From NCBI GenBank assembly GCA_965223505.1, contig CBDCWP010000038.1:1-64000 (forward strand): DNA of 64,000 nt, given 5' to 3'. Made by a program: the position numbers and the translations under genes. The notes beneath the pieces were generated by a model. It made no database searches. It was given only the letters and a program-made list of their open reading frames with translations, and was not told the DNA's origin. The DNA comes from Planctomycetota bacterium. Its GTDB lineage: Bacteria; Planctomycetota; PLA2; JAEUHO01. Below are positions 1-11,200 of the stretch, in pieces (the first letter of the stretch is position 1; every line of letters begins with the position of its first letter).

Positions 1-747
1 TCGCCCGCCGCCGCGTGCGGCCGAGTCGTGATCGGGACCGCGCTCGGCATGATCGCCGCCGTCAGTGCGCGCGATGGACGCATCGCGTGGATCTACCGCT
101 ACGACCGCGATGTCGACACGAAGCGCGAAGGGCGCAATCGTCACAAACCGGTGCAGGGCTCGCGCGTGACGGGCTTCACGAACGCGCCCCCGCTGCTGGC
201 ACTGGACCGTTGCTACGTGACACCGACGGACGGCAAGGCCGTGCTGGGGCTGATGGATCGTCCCCGCGGCAAGCACCGCTACATCGAGGGATGGCGACCG
301 AAACCCCGCCTGCTCGGCATGGCGGTCGAGCAGATCGGCGGCCTGGTGATGCCGACCTCCGAGAAGGAGCATCCGGTGCTCGTGCTCGTCGGCCAGGCGC
401 AGGACACCGATGTTCCCGGACCGATCGTCGAGGTCGTCGAGGCGACGACGGGATCGCGTTGGGTCGGCCGCGGCAAGGAGATCGGTTGGTCGGAGGCGAA
501 TCCGACGTCCGGGGCCGACGAACCGTATGGTCGCGTGCTCGTCACCGAGGCCGAGATCTTCGTGCCGACGGACGCGGGCATCGCGGTCTTCGATCTGCGT
601 GCGGGCGACGTGTTGGGCGTGCTGGATCTCGACGACGTCGCCAAGGGTCTGGAGGCGCCACAGCGCCCGTACGGCAACCTGATTCCCATCCCGGGCCACG
701 GGCTCGTGGCCGTGAGCGCGACCACCATCTCGTTCTGGGGGCGGTGA
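1..747 (+). CDS. 3' part of a PQQ-like beta-propeller (BamB-like repeat) protein, open at the window edge
   Basis: Frame is open from base 1 (SPAAACGRVVIGTALGMIAAVSARDGRIAWIY). Propeller-blade motifs AVxxxxGxxxW. Ends in GNLIP...ISFWGR, similar to the GNLLP motif of the 8224 protein. Confidence 0.7.
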   Translation, partial: SPAAACGRVVIGTALGMIAAVSARDGRIAWIYRYDRDVDTKREGRNRHKPVQGSRVTGFTNAPPLLALDRCYVTPTDGKAVLGLMDRPRGKHRYIEGWRPKPRLLGMAVEQIGGLVMPTSEKEHPVLVLVGQAQDTDVPGPIVEVVEATTGSRWVGRGKEIGWSEANPTSGADEPYGRVLVTEAEIFVPTDAGIAVFDLRAGDVLGVLDLDDVAKGLEAPQRPYGNLIPIPGHGLVAVSATTISFWGR

Positions 748-898
748 CCGAGGGACGCGACCAGCCCCCAGGCAAAAGCCCTGTCCAAACCCCTTTCTTT
801 CTCCCCCCGTCCGCTCCCCTTGGCCCGCAAGCGTGGTTCAATGCCTCGCCGTCCGCCGTTTCGGCGCGGATGTCGTATCTCCCCCGGAGGCTTTTCCC

Positions 899-1992
<1,094 letters not shown>

Positions 1993-2002
1993 AGTCCGAG
2001 TA

Positions 2003-2925
2003 ATGGCCAGGACCCGCGCCACCAGCAAGTACCTCGACCCCGGGTGCTCGCCGAGATCTCCCGAGCTCGACCTGCGCGCACGCCAGGTCGTCGAAGGCTA
2101 CGTCTCGGGCCTGCACAAGAGCCCGCTTTCAAGGGCTACTCCGTCGAGTTCGCCGAGCACCGGGAGTACGTCCCGGGCGACGACATCCGATTCCTGGACT
2201 GGAAGGTCTATGGCAAGACGGATCGCCTCTACATCAAGCACTACGAGGAGGAGACGAACCTCGAGGCGCACCTCGTCGTCGACGCGAGCGAGTCGATGTC
2301 GTACGACAGCCGGGACGGGGACGGCCCGAGCAAGTTCGACTACGCGAGCTGGGCCGCCGCGGGTCTCGCGTATCTGATCACGCAGCAGCAGGACGCCGCC
2401 GGGCTGGTGCTGTTCGACGAGCAGGTGCGGCTGAAGCTGCCGGCGCAGAGCAGCCAGGGGCACCTGCGCAACATCATCACCGAGCTGGACAAGGCCGAAC
2501 CGATCGCCGGCACCGGGATCGGACGCGCGCTGGCCGAGGCCGGCGAGGCGATTCGCCGCCGCGGTTTGGTCGTCCTGTTCTCGGACCTGCTCGACGACCC
2601 GAAGCAGATCCTGCGGGGTCTGCGACAGGTGCGCCAGCGCGGCCACGAGGTGTTGCTCTTCCACGTACTCGCGCACGACGAGCTGACGTTCCCCTTCCAG
2701 CGTCTCACGCGATTCGAGGGCATGGAGCTGATGCCCAACGTCACCGCGGACCCGGTCGCGCTTCGAACCGCGTACCAGGCCGAGGTGCAGGCGTTCCGGC
2801 GTCGGCTGCGCCGGGTGTGCCTCGCAAACCGCATCGACCTCGTCGAGATGGACACGTCGCAGTCGCTCGGCATCGTGCTGGCCGCCTACCTCGCGAAGCG
2901 CGCGGCGCGAAGGAAGGCGAAGTGA
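2003..2925 (+). CDS. DUF58 protein of MoxR/vWA operons (frameshifts in the first ~130 nt)
   Basis: LDLRARQVVEGYVSGLHKSP, FKGYSVEFAEHREYVPGDDIRFLDWK, DASESM, SDLL. The N-terminal motifs alternate between the ORFs starting at 2003 and 2044. Confidence 0.9.
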
Positions 2926-5381
2926 ACGTGTCACCGCTCCTCTCGCCGCTCGCCCTGCTGACGACCAGCGCGCTCCTCTGGGGCGGCGTCGCGCTCGCGT
3001 CGATTCCCATCATCATCCACTTGCTGAGTCGCCGTCGCGTCCGCAAGGTTCGTTGGGCGGCGATGCAGTGGCTGCTCAACGCGATGAAGCGCCACCAGCG
3101 CCGGCTGCGGCTCGAGAATTGGCTCATCCTCGCGATGCGCGTGGCCGCGATCATCCTGCTCGGGCTCGCACTGGCGCGACCGATTCTCACGGACTCGCCG
3201 CTGGCCGGCTTGCTCGAGAACAAACGCAGCGTGTACCTCGTGCTCGACAACTCGTACAGCACCGACGCGAAGATGGACGCCCGCTCGGTCTTCGAAGCGG
3301 TGAAGAACGAGGCCGAGCTCGTCTTCCGCACGATGAGCCGCGAAGACACGGTCTGCGTGATCCTCACGAACGACCCCGACGAAGAGGTCACGGCGGGCGT
3401 GCAGCCGCACGTGCTCGTCCCGCGCACGGTCGGCACCGAGGGCGTGGACCGGGCGAAGAAGGCGGTGGCGACGCTGCAACCGCGTCACGCGAGCGCCAGC
3501 TGGCCGGCGACGCTCGAGTCGGTGCAGAACCAGATGGCGCCGGAGGACGTGAACCGGCTCGTCGTCATCGTCACGGACTTGCAGGCGCAGAACTGGCTGC
3601 GACCCGAGCGAGAGACGCTCGCGGACGACGCCGCGGCGGAAGGCGAGGCCGCGCCGGAGGGACTCGATCGCATCCGCGAGCACATGATCGCCATCCTGCG
3701 CCGCCCGAGCCAGATGCAGATCATCGACGTCGCGCGCGGAGAGCGCCGCAATCTCGGCATCCGGGAGATCGAGAACCGCACGCCGAGCGGCGCGTTCGTC
3801 GGGCGTCCGCTGAACCTGGTGGTCAGCGTCGCCAACTACGGCGCCGCGGAGGTGAACGACGCGCAGCTCGAGGTCTACGTCGACGGCCGGCCGACACCGC
3901 AGCGCTTCGCGGTCCCGACGTTGCCCGCCGCCGACGTCGGCATGCGCATTCCGAAACCGGGCGTCGAGCAGGTGCAGGTCGATCTCGGCCGCAACACGTT
4001 CGAGTCGCCCGGATCGCACGAGATTCGCTGCAAGGTGGTTCCGCCGCGGTCGGACCCCGGCGCCGACGCGCTCGGACTCGACAGCGAGCGCTGGTTAGCG
4101 GTGAACGTACGCCCGCGGATCGAGATCGTCGCGTGGACGCGCCGCAGCCGCGACGCGAAGATGAGCGAGCTGATGTACTTGCAAGGGCTGTACGAGGGCG
4201 ACACGTCCGGCAACGGATCCGGTACCGTCGGCCCGGCGTCGCTCTACGGCTTCCGGCACGTCACGCAGGAGTCGGACCTGGTGCGCGCGATGAGCAACCG
4301 CCATCGCGAGACCGTCGACCTCGTCGTGCTGGCGAACGTGACGCCGCGTGATCCGAACATGGTCCGGATGCTGCGCGAGTTCGTTCGCGAAGGCGGCGGA
4401 CTCCTCGTGTTCACGGGCGACAATCACCGCACGCCCGAACCCTTCAACGACGCGTTCTACGGCGACGCGCCGGAAGACCGCCTGGTGCCGTACCCGATCC
4501 GCGCCGCGCAGGTGCGCGACCCGGCCAAGCAGGAGCAGCACTTCGAACTCGACTACGGCGAGCAGGAGGATCCCCACCCGCTCGCCCAGCCGTTCGTGGC
4601 CGGTGACGAATGGACGAAGACGTACCGTCCGCAGATCTGGGGCCGTACACCCTTCGTGGTTCCCGAGCCCGAGTCGGGCGGAACCGACGACGAGGAACCC
4701 GAGGAAGCAGAGGGCGTGGTGCTGCGCTACACGGACGGCGAGGCGGCGATCGTCACGTCGAAGGTCGGCTACGGGCGCACCGTGTGGATCAGCACGAGCC
4801 TGGACTACGGCTGGATGTACAAGGCGCTCTTCCCCTTCCTGCCGATCTTCCTCGAAGAGTCCGCGCTCTATCTCACGAAGCCCGATGACACGGGCCAGAA
4901 CCTGGGCATCGGCGACCCCCTGCGCGCGACGTTGCCGATGGGCGCGCAGGAGCCGCGGCTCTCGATCCCCGGCGGCACCCAGCGTGCCGTCTCGACGACC
5001 GGCGACGAAGGACCCGAAGGCGGGCGCGCGTCCATCGAGTGGCCGCAGGTCGGCACCGTCGGCATCTGGAAGCTCACCTACGACGTGCAAGATCCCACGG
5101 GCGAGGTGCGCAAGATCGAGCACCACTACGCGGTCAACCCCGAACCGATCGAGGGCGCGCTCCTTCCCGCGACGACCAGCGCGTTGCGCGAGGGCATCCC
5201 CGCCGAGCTGGGGCTCACGTTCCCGCAGACGTACGGCGACACCGGCAAGGAGATCGTCGAGGCGCGCGAGGGCGAGGTGACGCGCTACGTGTTGTGGATC
5301 CTGCTCGCGCTGCTCCTGCTGGAGTCGTTCCTGGCGATGCGCTTCGGCCGCCGTTCAACAAGCACCCCCGAGGCTTCGTAA
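2922..5381 (+). CDS. BatA N-terminal domain + vWA domain membrane protein
   Basis: IPIIIHLL...WAAMQWL...LARP BatA signature, LVLDNSYS MIDAS-like motif, VTDLQ, GGGLLVF segment, C-terminal TM helix (LLLLES). GTG start overlaps the DUF58 stop. Confidence 0.85.
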   Translation: MNVSPLLSPLALLTTSALLWGGVALASIPIIIHLLSRRRVRKVRWAAMQWLLNAMKRHQRRLRLENWLILAMRVAAIILLGLALARPILTDSPLAGLLENKRSVYLVLDNSYSTDAKMDARSVFEAVKNEAELVFRTMSREDTVCVILTNDPDEEVTAGVQPHVLVPRTVGTEGVDRAKKAVATLQPRHASASWPATLESVQNQMAPEDVNRLVVIVTDLQAQNWLRPERETLADDAAAEGEAAPEGLDRIREHMIAILRRPSQMQIIDVARGERRNLGIREIENRTPSGAFVGRPLNLVVSVANYGAAEVNDAQLEVYVDGRPTPQRFAVPTLPAADVGMRIPKPGVEQVQVDLGRNTFESPGSHEIRCKVVPPRSDPGADALGLDSERWLAVNVRPRIEIVAWTRRSRDAKMSELMYLQGLYEGDTSGNGSGTVGPASLYGFRHVTQESDLVRAMSNRHRETVDLVVLANVTPRDPNMVRMLREFVREGGGLLVFTGDNHRTPEPFNDAFYGDAPEDRLVPYPIRAAQVRDPAKQEQHFELDYGEQEDPHPLAQPFVAGDEWTKTYRPQIWGRTPFVVPEPESGGTDDEEPEEAEGVVLRYTDGEAAIVTSKVGYGRTVWISTSLDYGWMYKALFPFLPIFLEESALYLTKPDDTGQNLGIGDPLRATLPMGAQEPRLSIPGGTQRAVSTTGDEGPEGGRASIEWPQVGTVGIWKLTYDVQDPTGEVRKIEHHYAVNPEPIEGALLPATTSALREGIPAELGLTFPQTYGDTGKEIVEAREGEVTRYVLWILLALLLLESFLAMRFGRRSTSTPEAS

Positions 5382-5383
5382 GC

Positions 5384-8101
5384 ATGAACATGCTCGCTTC
5401 CTCTCTGACTCTCGCTGCCGACCGAATCGACGTCGGTCCGTGGAAGTGGGCCAACCTGCCGCCGGCATGGCTGCTGGTCGTCCTGGTCATCGCGGGCTTC
5501 TTCTGGGTTCGGTCGGTCTACGTGCGCGAGCGCGGTCGCTCCGGCCGCATGCCGCGCTTTCTGCTGGCGGGCATCCGCACGCTCGTCCTGCTGCTGGTGG
5601 TGCTCATCTTGTCCGGCCCGTTCCGGGAAGAGACCCATACGGCGCTCGAGCAGTCGCACCTCGTCGTGCTGATCGACAGCAGCGCGAGCATGCGCACGAA
5701 GGATCGCTACGAGCGCGCCGAGCAGGAGCGGCTGCTGAACGCGGCCTACCCGGTGGGCGCGCGGCCGTCCTCCACCGAAGAGGTCTCGCGCGGTGAGCTC
5801 GTGCGACGCATCCTCGCGCCCGACGGCGAACGCATGCTGCGCGAGTGGAACGATCGCTTCGTCCTGCACTTCTTCGCGTTCGACGGGGACTGGCGCTCCC
5901 TCGGTTCGCTCGCCCGCGATCGAACGGGCGACGGGGACGAGAAGACGGCCAAGGCCGGCCGCGCGCGCGAGCTCGGCGAAGCGGTTCGCGATCTGCCGAT
6001 GGACGGGGGACGCACGCGCATCGGCGCGGTCATCCGCAACGTCGCCAACGAGTTCGGCCGGCGTCACGATCGTCATCTCGCGGGGGTCATCCTGATCAGC
6101 GACGGCCGCGACACCAGTGAGGGCGAGACGCCTCAGCAGGTGCTCGCGTCACTGGGCTCGATCGCCGAAGACCTGCGGATCCAGCCGGTGATCGTCGGCA
6201 ACCCGAGCAGCGGCAAGAACCTGTGGGTCGAGAAGATCCTCGCGAAGGACTTCGTGCTCGTCGGCGACGAGGTGCTTTTCGAAGTCGTGTTGCGTCAGAG
6301 CGGCTTCGGCGCCCTGCGAGGGGTCGAAGCCGTGATGACCGCCGAGCGCATCGCCGACAAGGAAGGCAACACGCTCGCGAAACCGGTGAAGTACGAGTTC
6401 CCGTCTCGGGCGTCGAACCCGCGCACCCGCACGCGCGAGTCCAACATCGCGATGCCGGACGAAGACACGCCGGTCGAGGTGCGTCTGCGCGCGCCCTTCA
6501 ACAAGGCCGGCACGTACCGCGTCAAGATCCGCGCGAAGCTCCCGAGTGACCGCTCCAAGGAAGACGCGGTGCCGGAAGACGACGAGCGCACGCACGAGAT
6601 CGTGGTGAAGGACCAGCGCATTCGCGTCCTCTACGTCGACGACGAGCCGCGCTGGGACTGGCGTTTCCTGTCGACCTATCTGACGCGCGAGCCGCCGCCG
6701 GACGCGCTGAACCCCGACCGCCGCAGCCGCTTCGCCGTCAACGTGCTGTTGCAGGGCGCCGATCCGCAGTTCAAGCAACCGACGAGCAACGATCCCCGGC
6801 TGCGGCCGCTGCGGCAGTTCCCGCGGACGCGCCGCGAGCTGTTCGAGTACGACGTGATCATCCTGGGCGACGTCAACTGGCGGACGTTCAATCCACTCTC
6901 GCCGCAGGAGAACAAGAAGACGCTTGAGCTGCTCGTCGAGTTCGTCGAGGAAGGCGGCGGCATCGCGTTCCAGGCGGGCGACGACTACCGCAACCCGATC
7001 GAGTACCTGGCGACGCCGCTCGCCCAGCTGCTACCCGTTGCCGCGCTCGAGAGCGACCGGCGCGAGTCGGAGAAGCCGAGCTTCGTCGACCCGTTTCACA
7101 TCGAGCTGACCAACGAGGGCAAGCGGCACCCGATCTTCTCGATCGTGCCGGGACTGGACGACCGCGCGATCGCGACGCCCGAGGACATCGCCAAGACGTG
7201 GCGCGGCGACACGCCGCTCTCGCGCGACTGGAACTGGTACTGGCTCTACCGGGCGAAGGCCGGTCTGCGCCCGGGCGCGATCGATCTGGCCCGGGTGCGC
7301 GCGGCGCGCGGCGACCGCGACATGATGGACGATCGCGGTCAGCCGTTGGTCGTGTTCGCCGCGATGCCGTTCGGCAAGGGGCACGTCTTCTGGTCGTCGC
7401 TGGACTCGATCTCGCGGATCCGTCGCGAGAACCGCGACCAGTACTTCGGTCCGTTCTGGGAACAGGTGATTCGCTACCTGGCGACGTACCGGCTTCTGGG
7501 CGGCAACAAGCGCTTCAAGATCTTCACCGACAAGGAGGAGTACTTCGTCGGCGACACCGCGACCGTGGACATCACGGCGTTGGACGAATACTACGAGCCG
7601 CTCGCGGACCCGTTCCTGGACGGCGTGCAGATCGAGGTGCCCGGCGGTGAGACCATCGAGCTGACCGAGGGGCGCCGGCCGCGCAGCCGGCGGCAGGAGG
7701 GCGCACCGGGCTCGTATCGGATGTACCTCCCGCTGCGCAAACAGGGGCAGTACCGGTTGTGGATCGAGGAGACCGCGCGGGCGCCCGGTGCGCGCGCGAG
7801 TCGCGAGCGGGCGGAGCGGCGGATCACGGTGAACTTCCGCGCGAAGGAAGACATCCTGAAGGTCCCGGATCTCGAGACGATGCGCGACATCGCGCGCGAG
7901 GCGAATCCGGTAGCGCGCAAGGCGGACGCGATCAAGCTGTACGAGCTGGAAGACTTCGTGGCGAAGACGCAGGATCGTCCCCGCGAGCGGGTGCTCGATC
8001 GCGAAGAGCGAACCCAGTGGGACAAATGGTGGGTCTTGCTGCTGATCACGGCGTTGCTGGCGCTCGAGTGGGCCCTGCGCAAGTGGTGGCAGATGATCTA
8101 G
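5384..8101 (+). CDS. vWA domain / glutamine-amidotransferase-like domain membrane protein
   Basis: Two N-terminal TM helices, LIDSSASM, LISDGR, YDVIILGD, FVEEGGG, C-terminal LLALEWALRK typical of Bat-cluster proteins. Confidence 0.8.
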   Translation: MNMLASSLTLAADRIDVGPWKWANLPPAWLLVVLVIAGFFWVRSVYVRERGRSGRMPRFLLAGIRTLVLLLVVLILSGPFREETHTALEQSHLVVLIDSSASMRTKDRYERAEQERLLNAAYPVGARPSSTEEVSRGELVRRILAPDGERMLREWNDRFVLHFFAFDGDWRSLGSLARDRTGDGDEKTAKAGRARELGEAVRDLPMDGGRTRIGAVIRNVANEFGRRHDRHLAGVILISDGRDTSEGETPQQVLASLGSIAEDLRIQPVIVGNPSSGKNLWVEKILAKDFVLVGDEVLFEVVLRQSGFGALRGVEAVMTAERIADKEGNTLAKPVKYEFPSRASNPRTRTRESNIAMPDEDTPVEVRLRAPFNKAGTYRVKIRAKLPSDRSKEDAVPEDDERTHEIVVKDQRIRVLYVDDEPRWDWRFLSTYLTREPPPDALNPDRRSRFAVNVLLQGADPQFKQPTSNDPRLRPLRQFPRTRRELFEYDVIILGDVNWRTFNPLSPQENKKTLELLVEFVEEGGGIAFQAGDDYRNPIEYLATPLAQLLPVAALESDRRESEKPSFVDPFHIELTNEGKRHPIFSIVPGLDDRAIATPEDIAKTWRGDTPLSRDWNWYWLYRAKAGLRPGAIDLARVRAARGDRDMMDDRGQPLVVFAAMPFGKGHVFWSSLDSISRIRRENRDQYFGPFWEQVIRYLATYRLLGGNKRFKIFTDKEEYFVGDTATVDITALDEYYEPLADPFLDGVQIEVPGGETIELTEGRRPRSRRQEGAPGSYRMYLPLRKQGQYRLWIEETARAPGARASRERAERRITVNFRAKEDILKVPDLETMRDIAREANPVARKADAIKLYELEDFVAKTQDRPRERVLDREERTQWDKWWVLLLITALLALEWALRKWWQMI

Positions 8102-8191
8102 GCGGCAGAGGGAGCGGGACTACGCTCCCTCGCGGGACCGCCCGTCTTCCGTCTCCCCTTTCCCGTTTCCCGCCTCCCGGTTCCGCTCCGA

Positions 8192-8216
8192 TGTCCTGCC
8201 CCTTCCGGTACCCTGG
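8192..8216 (+). promoter_or_regulatory. Conserved upstream motif, probable promoter with -10-like TACCCT
   Basis: TGTCCTGCCCCTTCCGGTACCCTGG, 24/25 identical to 12803-12827, a few nt before the start codon. Confidence 0.5.
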
Positions 8217-8223
8217 CTTGCGT

Positions 8224-11200
8224 ATGCGCCCCCGGCTTCTCCTGATCGCCGTGCTCGCCGTCGCCGCGCTGCCGTCACGTCTCGTGACCGCCGAAGATTT
8301 CGACCCCCACGAGCAACCGCGGCTGTTCGCCGTTCGCGACACCAACGCCGCGCGCAACGCCATCCAGGCCGCGAGGGACGCACTCGACGCGGGCCGCATT
8401 TCGATGGGCCTGCGGGAAGCCCAGCGCGTCCTCGACGACATGCCCGACGACTTCTTCCTCGTGGCGGACGAGAGCAGCCCGCGCTCGGTCCTTTGGCGTT
8501 CCGCGGCCGAGGAGGTGCGCTTCATCCTCGAAGGCCTCACGCCCGAACAACGAGCGGTCTACGAGGAGATGACCCGGCCGAGCGCCGCCCCCATGCTCGA
8601 GCGAGCGCTCGCGCTGCGCGACATCGACCACCTCAAGGCCGTGCAGCACCGGTTCGGCGCCAGCCGGATCGGGGTGGCCGCGGGGCGGTTCATCGCGCGC
8701 TACGAGCTGTCTCGCGGCAGCTGGCGCGACGCCGCGCGCCACGCGCAGGAGGCCCTGCGTTTCGCGCCGAACGACGCCGGTCTCTGGGTCCTACTCATCG
8801 ACGCGCTGATCGGCGCGGGCGACCGCGAGGCGCTCCTGGCGCTCACGCCGCCCGCCACGATGGGGAGCGACGCGCCCGGCGCCGGCGAAGACGTTCGCTC
8901 GAGGCTCGAACAGGCGCTGGCGCGCGTTCCGGATCGCACGACGTCGCTCGACTGGCCGGCCTGGGGCGGCGACGCGTCTCGCTCCCGGCGAATCGAGAGC
9001 GACCCGCCGCTGCCGCGCCAGCTGCGTTGGAAGGAACGCACGGACTTTCGCGAACGCAGCCGCGACCGAACGGGCCGGTCCTTCCGCGAAGGAGAGCTGC
9101 AGGACATCTTCAAGGCCAAGCTCTCCAACTTCCGGCCGTCCCACCCCGTCGTCGCAGACCGCACGGTGTTCGTCGGCGACGGACGCTCCGTCCGGGCGTT
9201 CGATCTCTACTCCGGTCGCATGTTGTGGCGCTTCGACGCGGACTTCTACAGCGACGCGGACGTGCAACCGCCGTTTCGGATGTACGCACCCGGCCGCTTC
9301 GCAGAGGGCCGCACGAGCTTGGAACGCGCGTTTGCCCCGGTCGTCGTCGGCGACACGATCATCGCCACCGTCGAGGAGTGGCACCCGTACGTTGCGGACC
9401 GGCTGCAGCGCATCGAGATCAGCATGTACCTGCCTCGGCGCATCCTCGTCGCGCTCGACAAGCGCACGGGCGCGCTGCGCTGGCACATGGGCCAGGACGG
9501 GCTCGAGCACCTGACGCTCGCGCAGACCTCGATCGTCTCGCCGCCGGCGGTCTCCGAGGGGCTCGTTGTCGCCGTCGGCTCCGTCTACCACGGCAGCCAC
9601 AACGTCTCGTTCCTCGCGTTCGACCTGGAGACGGGCCGCTTGCGCTGGCGGCGGGCGCTGGGCACGGGACAGCAGGAGCTGAACCTCTTCGGCATCCCCG
9701 TGAAGGAGCTGGCGGCGAGCGCCGTGACCGTGTCCGACGGCGTCGCCTACGCGAGCACCGGACTCGGATTCGTCGCGGCCGTCGACATCCGCACGGGCGT
9801 TCCGCGCTGGCTGGCCTCGTACGACATCATCCCGGTGCGGCCCGTTCAGTACTGGTACACGGCGCCGTTGCGCATCCCGAGCGTGGCGCCGAGTCCACCG
9901 GCCGTACGCGGCGACTACGTCGTCGTCGCCCCCACCGACGGCACGCACCTGTACGCCTTCGACCGTCGGACCGGGACGATGCGCTGGCGCAAGCCCTACA
10001 AGCCCGGCAGCGCGAGCGGACACGCGCAGTACTACAACAAGTTCGTCCACTTCCTCGGCATCGTGAACGACGGCAAGCGCGACGTCGTCCTCACCACCGA
10101 CCTCACGTTGCACGCGTACCAGCTCGACAGCGTCGACGAACGTGACGGCGACCCCGAGCCGGTGGAGGTCTGGGCGGCGCTCGCGGGCTCGCTGGTCTCC
10201 GGCGTCGTGGGGCAGGGCGCCGTTGCCGGCGACGAGGTCGTCGTGCCCACGCTGGGCGGCATGCAGCGCTTCTCCCTGAGCAAGGAAGGCAAGCACCTCG
10301 GCAACCATCCGTGGCCCGAGAATGCCGAACCCGGAAACCTCCTGCCGCTCGAACGCGTGCTGCTCGTGGCGGCGCGCGAAGAGGTGCAGTGGTTCTACGA
10401 CTGGGAAGACCTCGAGCGCGACGTCGCAAAGCGCCGCCGCGAGCATCCCGACGACCCGACCATCCTGATCGAAGCCGCCGAGCTCTACCTACGCGCCGGC
10501 GAGGAGACCGAGCGGTCGCGCAAGGCGTTTCACGAAGCGCTTCGCATCGCCCAACGCGTCGCCCCGGAGTTCGTGAAGCGCGCGCAGCGGGGTCTGTATC
10601 TGTCATGGATGCTGGAAGGCGAGCGGGCCGAGGCGGTTGCCGCGAAGGCGTCGGCCGCGTACCGGGAGGCGCTTCAGTACGCCCAGTCGCCCGTCGAGCG
10701 CATCCACGCGCGGGTGCGCCTGCACGACGTGCTGCAAGACTTGCCCGACGAGCGGCTGGCGAACCTCGAAGCGCTGATTCGGGAAGCCGGCGACGCGGAG
10801 TTCGTGTTCGACGAGACCGCCGGTCCGCAGCGCGCGCGTACCGAGGGCATGTTCCTTCTGGCGCAGGCGTATCTCGACCGTGGCGAGGTCGAGCCCGCCG
10901 TAGGCGTCCTGCAGCAGGTGCTGGCCGAAGCGGGCGACGAGCTCGATGAGGACAGTGCACGCGAGCGCGCGCGCCGCACGATCGACGACATCATCGCGAG
11001 CTTCGGCCGCGCCGCGTACCGCAAGCAAGAGGAGCGCGCGAAGGAGCTGATGCGCCGCGCCGCGGACGCGGACGACGTCGCGTTGCTCGACCGTGTGATT
11101 CGCGAGTATCCGAACGCTTCGACGCTTCCGGCGGCGTTGCTGGCGCGCGGCGAGAGCCTCATCCAGAACGGCCAACCCTCGTTGGCGGTGCCCTCGCTTC